This document shows, one piece after another, positions 35,728-44,069 of a stretch of 64,000 bases of DNA. The translations under genes and the position numbers were made by a program. The notes below the pieces were generated by a model that saw nothing but the letters and a program-made list of their open reading frames with translations, did not search any database and was not told the DNA's origin. Position 1 is the first letter of the stretch. Each line of letters opens with the position of its first letter. The stretch comes from a virus: the IMG/VR virus record IMGVR_UViG_3300037140_000126, positions 60,955 to 124,954 of that record; one strand, given 5' to 3'.

Positions 35728-36105
35728 CTACGCAGGTACGCCAAACAGCACGCCCTGAGTGTTCGCCAAACCAGCCACAATCGTGACCGTATCGCTTGCG
35801 TCGGGAATAGGAGCACCGGCGGGGTTTGTGCCCGGGGTTCCATCCGCGTTCGCAATGTGCGATGTGATCGTGATTGGTCCACGATTCGTTACAGGGTTCG
35901 CAGTCGTGCCCTTACCGCTTGCACATGACGTTGTTCCGTCAGGAGCAGGAAGAGGCGAAGCATCGGGCGTCAACACGATGTTCGGGTCGGACGATGTAAC
36001 TGCATCCGTCTGGCCAGCAGCGAGTGTGGCACCATCGAGGCCGTGGTCGTCAACAGCTGAAATATAATAAGCGAACGATTTGTTGTCTGGCAGTTGTAGT
36101 GGCAT
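35728..36105 (-). CDS. Ig-like structural protein
   Basis: ISAVDDHG...TSSDPNIV...ITITS...TVTIV. Confidence 0.55.
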   Translation of the reverse strand: MPLQLPDNKSFAYYISAVDDHGLDGATLAAGQTDAVTSSDPNIVLTPDASPLPAPDGTTSCASGKGTTANPVTNRGPITITSHIANADGTPGTNPAGAPIPDASDTVTIVAGLANTQGVLFGVPA

Positions 36106-36132
36106 TCTATTTTTCTCCTTTAGATTTTACTT

Positions 36133-36537
36133 CTACTTCTGTGGTTCGAGGTAAATCTTCTGCGTGCTCGCCAATCCAGGCCCAGGCGGAGCAACCTGTG
36201 CGAGAATCTTGTTCAGAATCTCGGATTGTGCGGCCTGGTTCTGAAGAATTTGATCCTGGTTTTTAAGCACCAAACCGACCGAGCGGGCAAGCGCCTTCAC
36301 AACCTGTTCAATTTCTTCAATTTCTCTTGCAAGGTTTTCCTCAGTACCCATAATCTGCCCCCTTTCTCCTTGCATGTTAAGAATACGGAATCCGGAAACC
36401 AAATGCTGTTTCATTCTATACAGGTATGATCCTTGTTTAGTCACTACTTTGGTCCTTGAAAGCCGTCCATCATGCCAGCTGGTATGCCCTGCCGGTATGG
36501 AAATCGTTTGTTCAAAGCCTCTGCACGCTTCTGGCAC
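36133..36537 (-). CDS. Coiled-coil small protein (real start probably MGTEE)
   Basis: Heptad region; GGAGAAAGG before internal ATG. Confidence 0.45.
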   Translation of the reverse strand: MPEACRGFEQTISIPAGHTSWHDGRLSRTKVVTKQGSYLYRMKQHLVSGFRILNMQGERGQIMGTEENLAREIEEIEQVVKALARSVGLVLKNQDQILQNQAAQSEILNKILAQVAPPGPGLASTQKIYLEPQK

Positions 36538-36635
36538 TTACCACAGGGCTTGATACCTACAGCGTTCGTTGCCCGCTTGATCGTATCACCAAGGCCCTTA
36601 TCTTGCTCCGCGTCGATCATTTGTCGTAGATTCAT
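36444..36635 (-). CDS. Small protein MNLRQMIDA... with GLGDT...KPCGKC motif
   Basis: Leader-like N-terminus; CxxC. Confidence 0.6.
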   Translation of the reverse strand: MNLRQMIDAEQDKGLGDTIKRATNAVGIKPCGKCQKRAEALNKRFPYRQGIPAGMMDGFQGPK

Positions 36636-36644
36636 ACAGCCCCC

Positions 36645-36959
36645 TCAAATCGCATAGACGCCAGCAGCAACCGCAACGCCTAACACTAGAAAACAGAAGT
36701 CTTCCAAATCCGAGCCACGAGTCAGTGCATTTTCCATCAAAGGGTCCCAAAAAAATTCATGCACGGCTGCGTACAGTATGCACAATCCACCAACGATTTC
36801 AATTCCCGGCCAGCCCCAGAATCGTGCAGCCGTAAAAGTCAGCCCATAAGTAACAGCCACATGGGCAATTTGCGAGACCAAATTGAAAAAGCTTGGATCA
36901 ATAGCGTTCTCACCACTCTTTGCGGCATACGTCTCTTGCATATAATCTCCCGTTCTCAT
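36645..36959 (-). CDS. Membrane protein
   Basis: Three hydrophobic segments. Confidence 0.6.
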   Translation of the reverse strand: MRTGDYMQETYAAKSGENAIDPSFFNLVSQIAHVAVTYGLTFTAARFWGWPGIEIVGGLCILYAAVHEFFWDPLMENALTRGSDLEDFCFLVLGVAVAAGVYAI

Positions 36960-37004
36960 CTCCTACTATCCACTATCTGCATGATACAGGAAACGGCATA
37001 CATG

Positions 37005-37073
37005 CTAATCATCCCAACCGTCAGAAGTGCCATAGGACTCAATCAAATCTTGCATAGCGGCTTGCAGGTTCAT
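37005..37073 (-). CDS. 22-aa micro-ORF carrying a leader-type motif (not in track)
   Basis: MNLQAAMQDLIESYGTSDGWDD*; start overlaps stop of 37070-37573. Confidence 0.5.
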   Translation of the reverse strand: MNLQAAMQDLIESYGTSDGWDD

Positions 37074-37573
37074 AGTTTGAATTCCTTATTGCCATGCACT
37101 AAATAAGGAACGTCATCGGATTTGAACTGATGAACTGTTTGAATCCTATCAGGTGGAATGCCGCCCTGATACTTCAACCACTGTCCTTTGCTGCTCGCTT
37201 GTCCTAGAGGGTCGCTCTCTTTATCTTGTTTCCAGTCTTCGTCACCCCTTGAAAGTTTCAGAATAGAAACCTTCCCGCTTCCAGTTGCTTGGTTGAACGC
37301 CCAATCCATCTTTGCAGCCCATCGAAGTGCATCATGTGCATTGCTAAATGTATTTATCTCTCCTTTACCATACCTTGATTTATCACCTTGCTTAACCCAG
37401 TTAGAAGTCTGCATTGGCTTCAGTCCCTCTTTCTGGATTTTTGGGACAAGGTTAGTATGCGTAACGTGATATACACTTCCGCCAGAACTTTTTCTGCCAC
37501 ACGTTCCGGCAGCGGGATTACATCCAGACCCAGCACCACCAGCGTGAATCGAAATTGTAGTCTGAAGGTTCAC
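37070..37573 (-). CDS. Leader-bearing ADP-ribosyltransferase-fold protein
   Basis: MNLQTTISIHA-GGAGSGC...CGRK; VYHVT..LVPKIQKEGLKP...IPPDRI (Tpt1/ART-like). Confidence 0.65.
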   Translation of the reverse strand: MNLQTTISIHAGGAGSGCNPAAGTCGRKSSGGSVYHVTHTNLVPKIQKEGLKPMQTSNWVKQGDKSRYGKGEINTFSNAHDALRWAAKMDWAFNQATGSGKVSILKLSRGDEDWKQDKESDPLGQASSKGQWLKYQGGIPPDRIQTVHQFKSDDVPYLVHGNKEFKL

Positions 37574-38172
37574 TTGTCCAGCACCTTTTCCAAGAATACA
37601 CGCTTGTTCTCGGACAGTCTATTTTTCTGGCCCATTACGTAAAACCCAAATGCGTCTGAGAAATCCTCATCAGAATTTTTCTCACTGTAGCGCCGAGCAA
37701 AACGAGCACCTTCCCGATGCGTTTCACTAGAAGTCTGCTTCGGCCAGCCAGAACGCTTTTCCTGATACGGTGGCGCTTGCCCTTCTGCGTGTCCTTCTTG
37801 CCAGCCACTCAGATGTTTCCATTCGTCTTGCTGCTTCACGGATAAACTCAGGAAAACTCCGTGCCCAAATTCGTGTGCGAGTGTCAAGTCTACGTGTGGC
37901 AGCTTTCTTCCCGGGCCATGGCCAAACTTTATGCGGCTGCGAAAATCACGCGGATTCAGATATACAACACCGCTTTCCTCATAGCGTCCGTGCTTCGCTC
38001 CCATCGTTCGGTCGGCCACAATCGTTTGCACGTGTTCCAGATAACGCGATGGAATCTCCGACAGCACTTGCCTGATCTGTTCTTGCTCCGCATTCGTAAA
38101 GCCTTCCAGCTTCACAGCAGCACGAGCGACGGGGTGCGACGCATACACCGAAATGGTAGTCTCAAGATTCAT
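37570..38172 (-). CDS. Leader-bearing zincin metalloprotease
   Basis: MNLETTISVYA; LAHEFGH; YSEKNSDEDFSD. Confidence 0.75.
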   Translation of the reverse strand: MNLETTISVYASHPVARAAVKLEGFTNAEQEQIRQVLSEIPSRYLEHVQTIVADRTMGAKHGRYEESGVVYLNPRDFRSRIKFGHGPGRKLPHVDLTLAHEFGHGVFLSLSVKQQDEWKHLSGWQEGHAEGQAPPYQEKRSGWPKQTSSETHREGARFARRYSEKNSDEDFSDAFGFYVMGQKNRLSENKRVFLEKVLDK

Positions 38173-38315
38173 TTCTTGACCGGAACTCCGAACGTCACGT
38201 CCCCATTGGGCTTGATTATTTTGACCATCTCCGCTTGCGCTTTCTCGACGGGCGTGAAGTCTTTCTTCAAATAGACAACAATCGTTCCGTCTTTTTGCTT
38301 AATGATGCTGGGCAT
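38169..38315 (-). CDS. 48-aa ORF between the two zincins (not in track)
   Basis: MPSIIKQKDGTIVVYLKKDF...GVPVKK; overlaps both neighbours. Confidence 0.55.
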   Translation of the reverse strand: MPSIIKQKDGTIVVYLKKDFTPVEKAQAEMVKIIKPNGDVTFGVPVKK

Positions 38316-38910
38316 AGTAGTCATTCACCCTCTTATACAAATCTTTCCACTGAGCGGTCCCGGGCAGCTTTCCCGTGTCGGACTGTAATCGCGCCATCTC
38401 GGCAAGCGTCTCATGCACACCCAATGCAATACCTGCTTCATGGCTATACACTTGACGCCAGCACTCTTCACTGTAGCCTGTTACCCCATCGTCCTTTGCC
38501 AAACCCATAAGGTTTTCCTGATTCATATTGTGGTCGTCCGCAAATGCCTTAAATTTTAGATGCTCTAATTCGTGGGCGACAACACCGCCGATTGGCATAT
38601 TCTGGGCATGTTCTAACCACACATCTGGGTGAAATTCAATAATTCCGGTGTTATTGTGGCTTACTGCAATTGGCTGCACTCCGAAATTGGAATCCACAGG
38701 GGCTTTATAGACAATTGTGGTCTTACTCTTGTCATAGCCCTGCTTTTCAATTTCCTTCAGGAATTCATCCACAGCAGCTTTTTCTTTTGTGGTACGAGTA
38801 GTGGTACTTGCAGGTCGGGCCTTCCTTCCACGGCCGCGCTCGTCCCATTCTTTCTTGACGCCCTCGGAAGTTCCGGTAGCGAAGATCGTAATTGTCGTTT
38901 CAAGGTTCAT
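38299..38910 (-). CDS. Leader-bearing zincin metalloprotease
   Basis: MNLETTITIFA-TGTSEGVKKEWDERGRGRK; VAHELEH; GVTGYSE..W...HETLAE; ATGA overlap sets start at 38910. Confidence 0.75.
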   Translation of the reverse strand: MNLETTITIFATGTSEGVKKEWDERGRGRKARPASTTTRTTKEKAAVDEFLKEIEKQGYDKSKTTIVYKAPVDSNFGVQPIAVSHNNTGIIEFHPDVWLEHAQNMPIGGVVAHELEHLKFKAFADDHNMNQENLMGLAKDDGVTGYSEECWRQVYSHEAGIALGVHETLAEMARLQSDTGKLPGTAQWKDLYKRVNDYYAQHH

Positions 38911-39326
38911 TCGAGCCTCTTGATATGTGCCATGGTCTTTTCCACATCGCGGTCCCAATGAACACCACGATCATCCACGTAGGCAATCGCCGGAGGCTTG
39001 TGGCTCGTCACACCATCTACTGGGATATTATTCTTAGCGAGAAATTTCACCACAACATCGTGATTATCCCGCGCCGTAAGGACGACCACGCGGTAGCCCT
39101 CGCTCTTCAGCCGCCGCACTAGCTCCGCTCCCTCAGGAATCATCTTTCTAGGCGTTGTCTCCCCGCCGCCTTTTTTGTGTTCTATAAGCGTGTTATCGAA
39201 ATCAACGCACACCAAACCACCCCGATATTTCGCGCCGCCTGCTCCCTTTGGACGACCACAGTTAGAACCCTCACACACTGAACCAGGCCCACCAGCATAA
39301 ATCGAGATTGTAACAGTGAGATTCAA
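38907..39326 (-). CDS. Leader-bearing HAD-family phosphatase
   Basis: MNLTVTISIYA-GGPGSVC..NCGRPK; VDFDNTL, LTAR, KPP..AYVDDR. Confidence 0.8.
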   Translation of the reverse strand: MNLTVTISIYAGGPGSVCEGSNCGRPKGAGGAKYRGGLVCVDFDNTLIEHKKGGGETTPRKMIPEGAELVRRLKSEGYRVVVLTARDNHDVVVKFLAKNNIPVDGVTSHKPPAIAYVDDRGVHWDRDVEKTMAHIKRLE

Positions 39327-39541
39327 TTGACCTTTTTCCGTTCCAGTTTCTTCTTCTCTTGCTCATACAGTTTCTCGAAATGCTGCACGTCTTTCTTTGT
39401 TGCAAACGGGTCTGGTGCATCATCTACCCACTTATGCCGCTTTTGCGCGTTGCTCGCCTTGGGCTGCTTTACCTCGATACTCATTCCAACGTCCTCCGTC
39501 ATGAATTGTTTCAGGGCCCATCCCGTCACGGCTATAAACAA
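39323..39541 (-). CDS. Small ORF downstream of Zeta kinase
   Basis: Overlaps the end of 39432-40349; start uncertain. Confidence 0.45.
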   Translation of the reverse strand: MFIAVTGWALKQFMTEDVGMSIEVKQPKASNAQKRHKWVDDAPDPFATKKDVQHFEKLYEQEKKKLERKKVN

Positions 39542-40349
39542 GTTTAGGTGCAGAACCTAGAGGCCCTGAATTATCGTAGAACTCTTTCCTACTTACTTCC
39601 GGCATATCCTTGAGGCGCATGAAATTTGCCGCTGCTCCGTAATGTGACTGTTCTATTATCCGGTCTGGCACGATACGCCCAAAATTGATTGGATCATTCG
39701 ATGACTGCGCCCGGAGATCGGCACGCTGTCTAGCTACGTCTAAAGGAACATCAAAAAACGCAGCTCTCACTGTATAGCCCTTATCGGTTAGTGACTTCGC
39801 CATAGAAGGACCACCGTTGCCGGAAGTTGTGGCGTCGTACACAATATCCAAACCTTTTACGGCGGCACGTGCTACCGCCATATGGGTTATGTCCGATGCC
39901 TCTTCATGGACTCTTGCGGAAGCGTTCTGTGGGTCAGTCTGTTTCAGTTGCGCGTATTCGGGCAGGGCTGTACGAATCTCATCAGAATCTATTCGCACAA
40001 TGTTAGTATTGCCCTTCATAAGCGCATCACTGCCGGAAGTTTTTCCAGAAGCCGTACCGCCGCCTAACAGAATCGCTATAGGAGCCCGTCCAACGGGTGC
40101 GGTCTTTCCTTTCAGTATCCGATCCACAACTCGGTCGTGAAATGCTCTGCGCTTCGGGTCCCACTCTCCTGATTTATTCTGCCACGCATAAATCGTGTGC
40201 TCACCTGGTTTCAAAGTTTTTACAGGGGCCCTGAGATTAGAGAAGTCCGCACCCTTTGGGATAGCGCTCTTAGGACGGCCACAATTAGGACCACGGCAAC
40301 CACTTCCAGGTCCGCCAGCAAAGATCGAAATTGTAGTCTGAAGGTTCAT
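39432..40349 (-). CDS. Leader-bearing Zeta-toxin-like P-loop kinase
   Basis: MNLQTTISIFA-GGPGSGCRGPNCGRPK; LGGGTASGKTS, IDSDEIR, VHEEAS, YDAT, GRIVP. Confidence 0.85.
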   Translation of the reverse strand: MNLQTTISIFAGGPGSGCRGPNCGRPKSAIPKGADFSNLRAPVKTLKPGEHTIYAWQNKSGEWDPKRRAFHDRVVDRILKGKTAPVGRAPIAILLGGGTASGKTSGSDALMKGNTNIVRIDSDEIRTALPEYAQLKQTDPQNASARVHEEASDITHMAVARAAVKGLDIVYDATTSGNGGPSMAKSLTDKGYTVRAAFFDVPLDVARQRADLRAQSSNDPINFGRIVPDRIIEQSHYGAAANFMRLKDMPEVSRKEFYDNSGPLGSAPKLVYSRDGMGPETIHDGGRWNEYRGKAAQGEQRAKAA

Positions 40350-40358
40350 TGACCCGTC

Positions 40359-40610
40359 TTAGTAGAGCCCGAACAGATGCATGAACGCAATCACCACAAC
40401 TAAGACGAAGCACCAATAGAGAATCGTCACCCAAGGTTGACCGACACCAAGTGCCGGAAGAAGAAGTGATACAATTTTCCAGCAGATAGCGATCAGGATA
40501 ATGAGACAGATCAGCCCGATGAAAACACCGAACAGGCCGTCGATTCCTAAGAACCCGTAATGATGCACACCCAACGTCTGTAATGCGAGTGAAGCGAACA
40601 TGCTTTTCAT
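40359..40610 (-). CDS. Small membrane protein (holin-like topology)
   Basis: Two to three TM segments. Confidence 0.55.
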   Translation of the reverse strand: MKSMFASLALQTLGVHHYGFLGIDGLFGVFIGLICLIILIAICWKIVSLLLPALGVGQPWVTILYWCFVLVVVIAFMHLFGLY

Positions 40611-40629
40611 TGCTGCCTCCTTATAGTTT

Positions 40630-41376
40630 TCAAAACTGGCCTAGGTAACTACCCGTGTGGTGGGCTACCGCAGTGTTTGGAGGAATGCCTCCCAGCGTCG
40701 GATGCTTTTTCGTTTGCTGCAATCGGAAGCGCTGCGTGGCCTTGTCCGTACGCTTCGTGACATCCAAGAACGAATCGTCTTTTTCCATTGGATCATCAAC
40801 GGGGACACGCTTCGGATTCTTCAAACTTGGTGGGTGAAAGCTAGGTATAGGATCAATATGGGCCATCCCAACTGGCCCTTCCATTGCTCTCATTGCTTGC
40901 TCTAGCTTCGAGGCGGTAAGTTTCTGTGGTCTGAAATTCGGATGCCCAACACGTTGCTTGAACTCTGACATGGGCATCGCCGTCATCGAACCAAAATGTC
41001 TAGCATCGCCGCCATAGTTTTCGATTAGTGCTTTTTTTGCGGCATCAGCAGAATTCCATCCAAGAAGCACTTTGTGTTCGTCCGGCTTCTCAAACTCAGG
41101 GGCTTTCTTCGTTATCACGATATACGCGGTAGTAGCGTTTGCATCTGGGCCAATAAAGACATCCAGCGAATCCCCGTCAACCCCCGGTACGCCACGGATA
41201 TATCCGTAGTGTGCTTGTAGCTTCGTTCGCCAGCAAGTATGGGGCTTGCCCTTTTCACACTTCCCTTTTCTGACTGAGCCTTTCTTGTTCTCGATGGACA
41301 CAGGAAGCCCCTGAAACGAGGTATGCCCGTCGAGTTTGTGTTGCGCTTGCAATCCGCAAAGAGTCGATAAATTCAC
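40630..41376 (-). CDS. Leader-bearing inorganic-pyrophosphatase-fold protein (InPase type)
   Basis: MNLSTLCGLQA; SIENKKGSVR, HYGYIRG..GVDGDSLDVFIG, DEHKVLLG. Confidence 0.8.
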   Translation of the reverse strand: MNLSTLCGLQAQHKLDGHTSFQGLPVSIENKKGSVRKGKCEKGKPHTCWRTKLQAHYGYIRGVPGVDGDSLDVFIGPDANATTAYIVITKKAPEFEKPDEHKVLLGWNSADAAKKALIENYGGDARHFGSMTAMPMSEFKQRVGHPNFRPQKLTASKLEQAMRAMEGPVGMAHIDPIPSFHPPSLKNPKRVPVDDPMEKDDSFLDVTKRTDKATQRFRLQQTKKHPTLGGIPPNTAVAHHTGSYLGQF

Positions 41377-41675
41377 TACCTTGGTTCTCCGTAGCCGTCG
41401 AATCCGCCTGATTGCGCTTCTTTGTCCTGTTTGCGTGGTTTAATTTCTTCCCTCATGGCTATTAGCTGCTTCGCCGGAATCCACGGGCATGATGCTTCAT
41501 GCCTTACATTTTCTTCGTTGTGTCCGCTGATAGCGCGGCAAAGAGCACATTTACGAACAAATGATTTAGTCAAACGGGATGGTGTTCCGGGCACAGGGGG
41601 AATTACAGATGTTTCATAAACTGGATCGGATTCGGCTAGAGCTTTAATAATATCGTGTGGTGTCATATGAATCAT
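41376..41675 (-). CDS. Hypothetical protein
   Basis: CALC...HEASCPW. Confidence 0.5.
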   Translation of the reverse strand: MIHMTPHDIIKALAESDPVYETSVIPPVPGTPSRLTKSFVRKCALCRAISGHNEENVRHEASCPWIPAKQLIAMREEIKPRKQDKEAQSGGFDGYGEPR

Positions 41676-41729
41676 TCAAATCCTCGTTTTTCGAGTCCTA
41701 GACGTTCTCTAGGATGCACGCTAGACGCA

Positions 41730-41747
41730 TTTCCCGTCGATTTCCCG
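41730..41747 (-). repeat. Intergenic motif CGGGAAATCGACGGGAAA, copy 2
   Basis: Identical to 18029-18046; shared flanks TAAGTA and GTGCATCC. Confidence 0.8.
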
Positions 41748-41777
41748 ATACTTACGGGCAATCCTACTACTTAGAGA

Positions 41778-42419
41778 CTATCTGCCGCCAAAATTGCTTC
41801 CAAACGAGCCACTGCCGGGACGCTGTTGCATCTGCGGACGCTGGCCGCCACCCTGACCTGGACGTGACTGCTGGCCGCCACCGGGACGTTGACCATTACC
41901 GCCAGGGCGCTGCCCTCCACCGCCAAATCCGCCTCCGCCTCTTGACGCCCCAGCCTTCGGCGGTGCTTCTCCGATTGCGGCATGCCCCTTAGGCGTGAGA
42001 CTCCAGACATGACGCAATCCGCCTCCAGCACCGCCCAGCCTTGAACCTTGATGCTGCAAGTGGCCGGAACGAGCAAGTTGCTTCGCCTTCTCATGGCTTT
42101 CTTTGTTCGCGGTCACGAACGTACCAGTGCCGCCTGCAGCATTCTTCAGAAACGAGTGCAACTGTTTCGCTTGGTCCACAGGGTAGCGCTGCGGATCGGC
42201 GTTCACTTCATGCATCGGGAACTCGCCCTCGTTCTGTGCTTGCTCCTGCTGCATTTGCTGCTCTTGCTCTTGTTGCCCAATATCATCGGGACTCAGCATT
42301 GCCTGATCGTCTGTGTCATCCTGATTCATAGGCTGATTGTTATTCACAGGCGCGGGCTGTGCTGTCGGTTGCTGACGAATCTGTTCACGTGCGATGATGT
42401 CACGAATTGTTGAGTACAT
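41778..42419 (-). CDS. Gln/Gly-rich protein with small winged-helix-like core
   Basis: MYSTIRDIIA...; Q-rich and GGQRPG repeats. Confidence 0.6.
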   Translation of the reverse strand: MYSTIRDIIAREQIRQQPTAQPAPVNNNQPMNQDDTDDQAMLSPDDIGQQEQEQQMQQEQAQNEGEFPMHEVNADPQRYPVDQAKQLHSFLKNAAGGTGTFVTANKESHEKAKQLARSGHLQHQGSRLGGAGGGLRHVWSLTPKGHAAIGEAPPKAGASRGGGGFGGGGQRPGGNGQRPGGGQQSRPGQGGGQRPQMQQRPGSGSFGSNFGGR

Positions 42420-42441
42420 TTCATTCCTCCAAGTTTAATAG

Positions 42442-43287
42442 TTACCAAGATTTCCCGAGATGCTGCATACGGCAGTCGCTAGTAAGATTAGGGTCCATTA
42501 AGTACGAATACGATATCCAAGCAAATCCACGACTCTTCGATAACGAGGGTTCAGGCGGAGCAATACCCCAACTGGGTCCCCAGCTATTCTGGACGAGCAC
42601 AGCTCCGGGATTTGCGTTCGGACACTTAATTTCGTCGTCGAATCCAATCAAGGCGTGTGTTTCGTGGCCGCCTTGAAGAGATTCCACTCCTAAATTCGGC
42701 AGCGGTATTAGCCCAGAGGTTTCCACGGCGTCATCTTCAAATGAATCGTAGACAGAAATACCGATGACTGCAGAATAATCAGAGAGGATGCAGGATTTAA
42801 TATTCGCAATATCATTGCCGATGGAATGCCACGAACCACCTGGATTTTGTAGGGCGGATGCTAATGCCTGTGGTGTCGGGGCAGTTGAGTAGTCGGCTGC
42901 GTTATAAGGCATCAAAGACTCTAGACAAAATCCATTTGCCCCGTTCTGTGCAACTTGCAAACTGGTCGCTACCTGTGCTCCGCAATCTCCTTGGCCCAGA
43001 GTTTTTTCAATCTTACGCTCGATATAGTAATGAAATGCTGGGGCAAAAATGGGGGATTGACCTTTGAATTTACGGTACAGTCGCTCACCTTGAGATGTAG
43101 AGCCATGCCCAGTGCACGAACCTTGGTTACCCTGGTCCTTCGTCGGCCCAAGTGCTCCCGTAATAAAAGCTCTTACTGGAAATTCGCCTGTGCGAACAAT
43201 CAGATGCGACGGGAAGCCAAGATAATTTGGATTTGGTGTCGATGCAAAAGCCCCGAGTCCGTGCCCTTTGCGTGTCATCATTGCCAT
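42442..43287 (-). CDS. Papain-family (C1) cysteine protease
   Basis: DQGNQGSC, GGHETHALIGFDD, VQNSWG. Confidence 0.9.
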   Translation of the reverse strand: MAMMTRKGHGLGAFASTPNPNYLGFPSHLIVRTGEFPVRAFITGALGPTKDQGNQGSCTGHGSTSQGERLYRKFKGQSPIFAPAFHYYIERKIEKTLGQGDCGAQVATSLQVAQNGANGFCLESLMPYNAADYSTAPTPQALASALQNPGGSWHSIGNDIANIKSCILSDYSAVIGISVYDSFEDDAVETSGLIPLPNLGVESLQGGHETHALIGFDDEIKCPNANPGAVLVQNSWGPSWGIAPPEPSLSKSRGFAWISYSYLMDPNLTSDCRMQHLGKSW

Positions 43288-43291
43288 CGGA

Positions 43292-43852
43292 TTATTCTCC
43301 TGGTCCTTTGCCTAGTTTATGAACCGCCGACTCGTCTTTCTCTATTCTATAACCATTCCGGTAACCAACTCCGCCGCGCCAGTCTTGTACTTGAATCGTT
43401 ACGCGCCGACCTTTCACTTGCACGACTGTTCCACGACTTGTCAGACCATCCACGGTCACAGGATCACCTACTTTTATTTCCGATAAAACAACAGACGATC
43501 CTTGCAATCCCCTTTTTTCTGAAACTCTTAACTTAGCCCTAGCATTCTCACCATACCTAGAAGAATCGGAACGGCCGGATTCCTCATATACGCCATCTTT
43601 TAACCATCCACCACCAACCACCCTCTCAGGAGGAATTCCTAAATCATTTATAAGCATAACGTGGGTGCGTTGTTTTTCAGGCTGCCCATCAAAATAAATT
43701 CCCCCATCATCCGTTCTGACAGCAGCAAACTGACCTTCATCTGGAAGTTTAGGTTGTGGAGGCAAAGCACTTTGTTTACGGCCACAATTTGGCCCAGTAC
43801 ATCCACTCCCTGGTCCGCCAGCATGAATTGCAATAGTCATTTCCAAATTCAT
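43292..43852 (-). CDS. Leader-bearing protein with C-terminal KOW/SH3-like domain
   Basis: MNLEMTIAIHA-GGPGSGCTGPNCGRK; IKVGDPVTV...GTVVQV. Confidence 0.7.
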   Translation of the reverse strand: MNLEMTIAIHAGGPGSGCTGPNCGRKQSALPPQPKLPDEGQFAAVRTDDGGIYFDGQPEKQRTHVMLINDLGIPPERVVGGGWLKDGVYEESGRSDSSRYGENARAKLRVSEKRGLQGSSVVLSEIKVGDPVTVDGLTSRGTVVQVKGRRVTIQVQDWRGGVGYRNGYRIEKDESAVHKLGKGPGE

Positions 43853-43853
43853 T

Positions 43854-44066
43854 TTAGTTTAGACCCATGCAATGCCACTCGAAGCACCTATCGTCCCACG
43901 AGAACTCCATGCACTCAGGATGCTCTTCTGCAAGTCCAAGCAACACATCCATGTTGGGAACCAGCAGGTCCTCGTCCCCGCATCCGCAAGCGCACATCTC
44001 TACGCTAATCCCATGCAGCATAACCCTTGGCTGCGCTTTCGTGAACGGAGCTACCCAGGCATCCAT
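43854..44066 (-). CDS. Small Cys-rich protein (YgiT-like Zn finger, tentative)
   Basis: VEMCACGC. Confidence 0.4.
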   Translation of the reverse strand: MDAWVAPFTKAQPRVMLHGISVEMCACGCGDEDLLVPNMDVLLGLAEEHPECMEFSWDDRCFEWHCMGLN

Positions 44067-44069
44067 AAA

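Noticed and set aside
36900-37073. Possible TAG read-through or recoding extending the 22-aa micro-ORF
   Set aside because: TAG terminates other well-defined genes here (e.g. 2508, 15301) and long ORFs are intact in the standard code
37070-43852. Leader plus Cys motif as RiPP precursor peptides
   Set aside because: Each is followed by a full enzyme domain, and no radical-SAM, YcaO or LanM-type maturase is in the window
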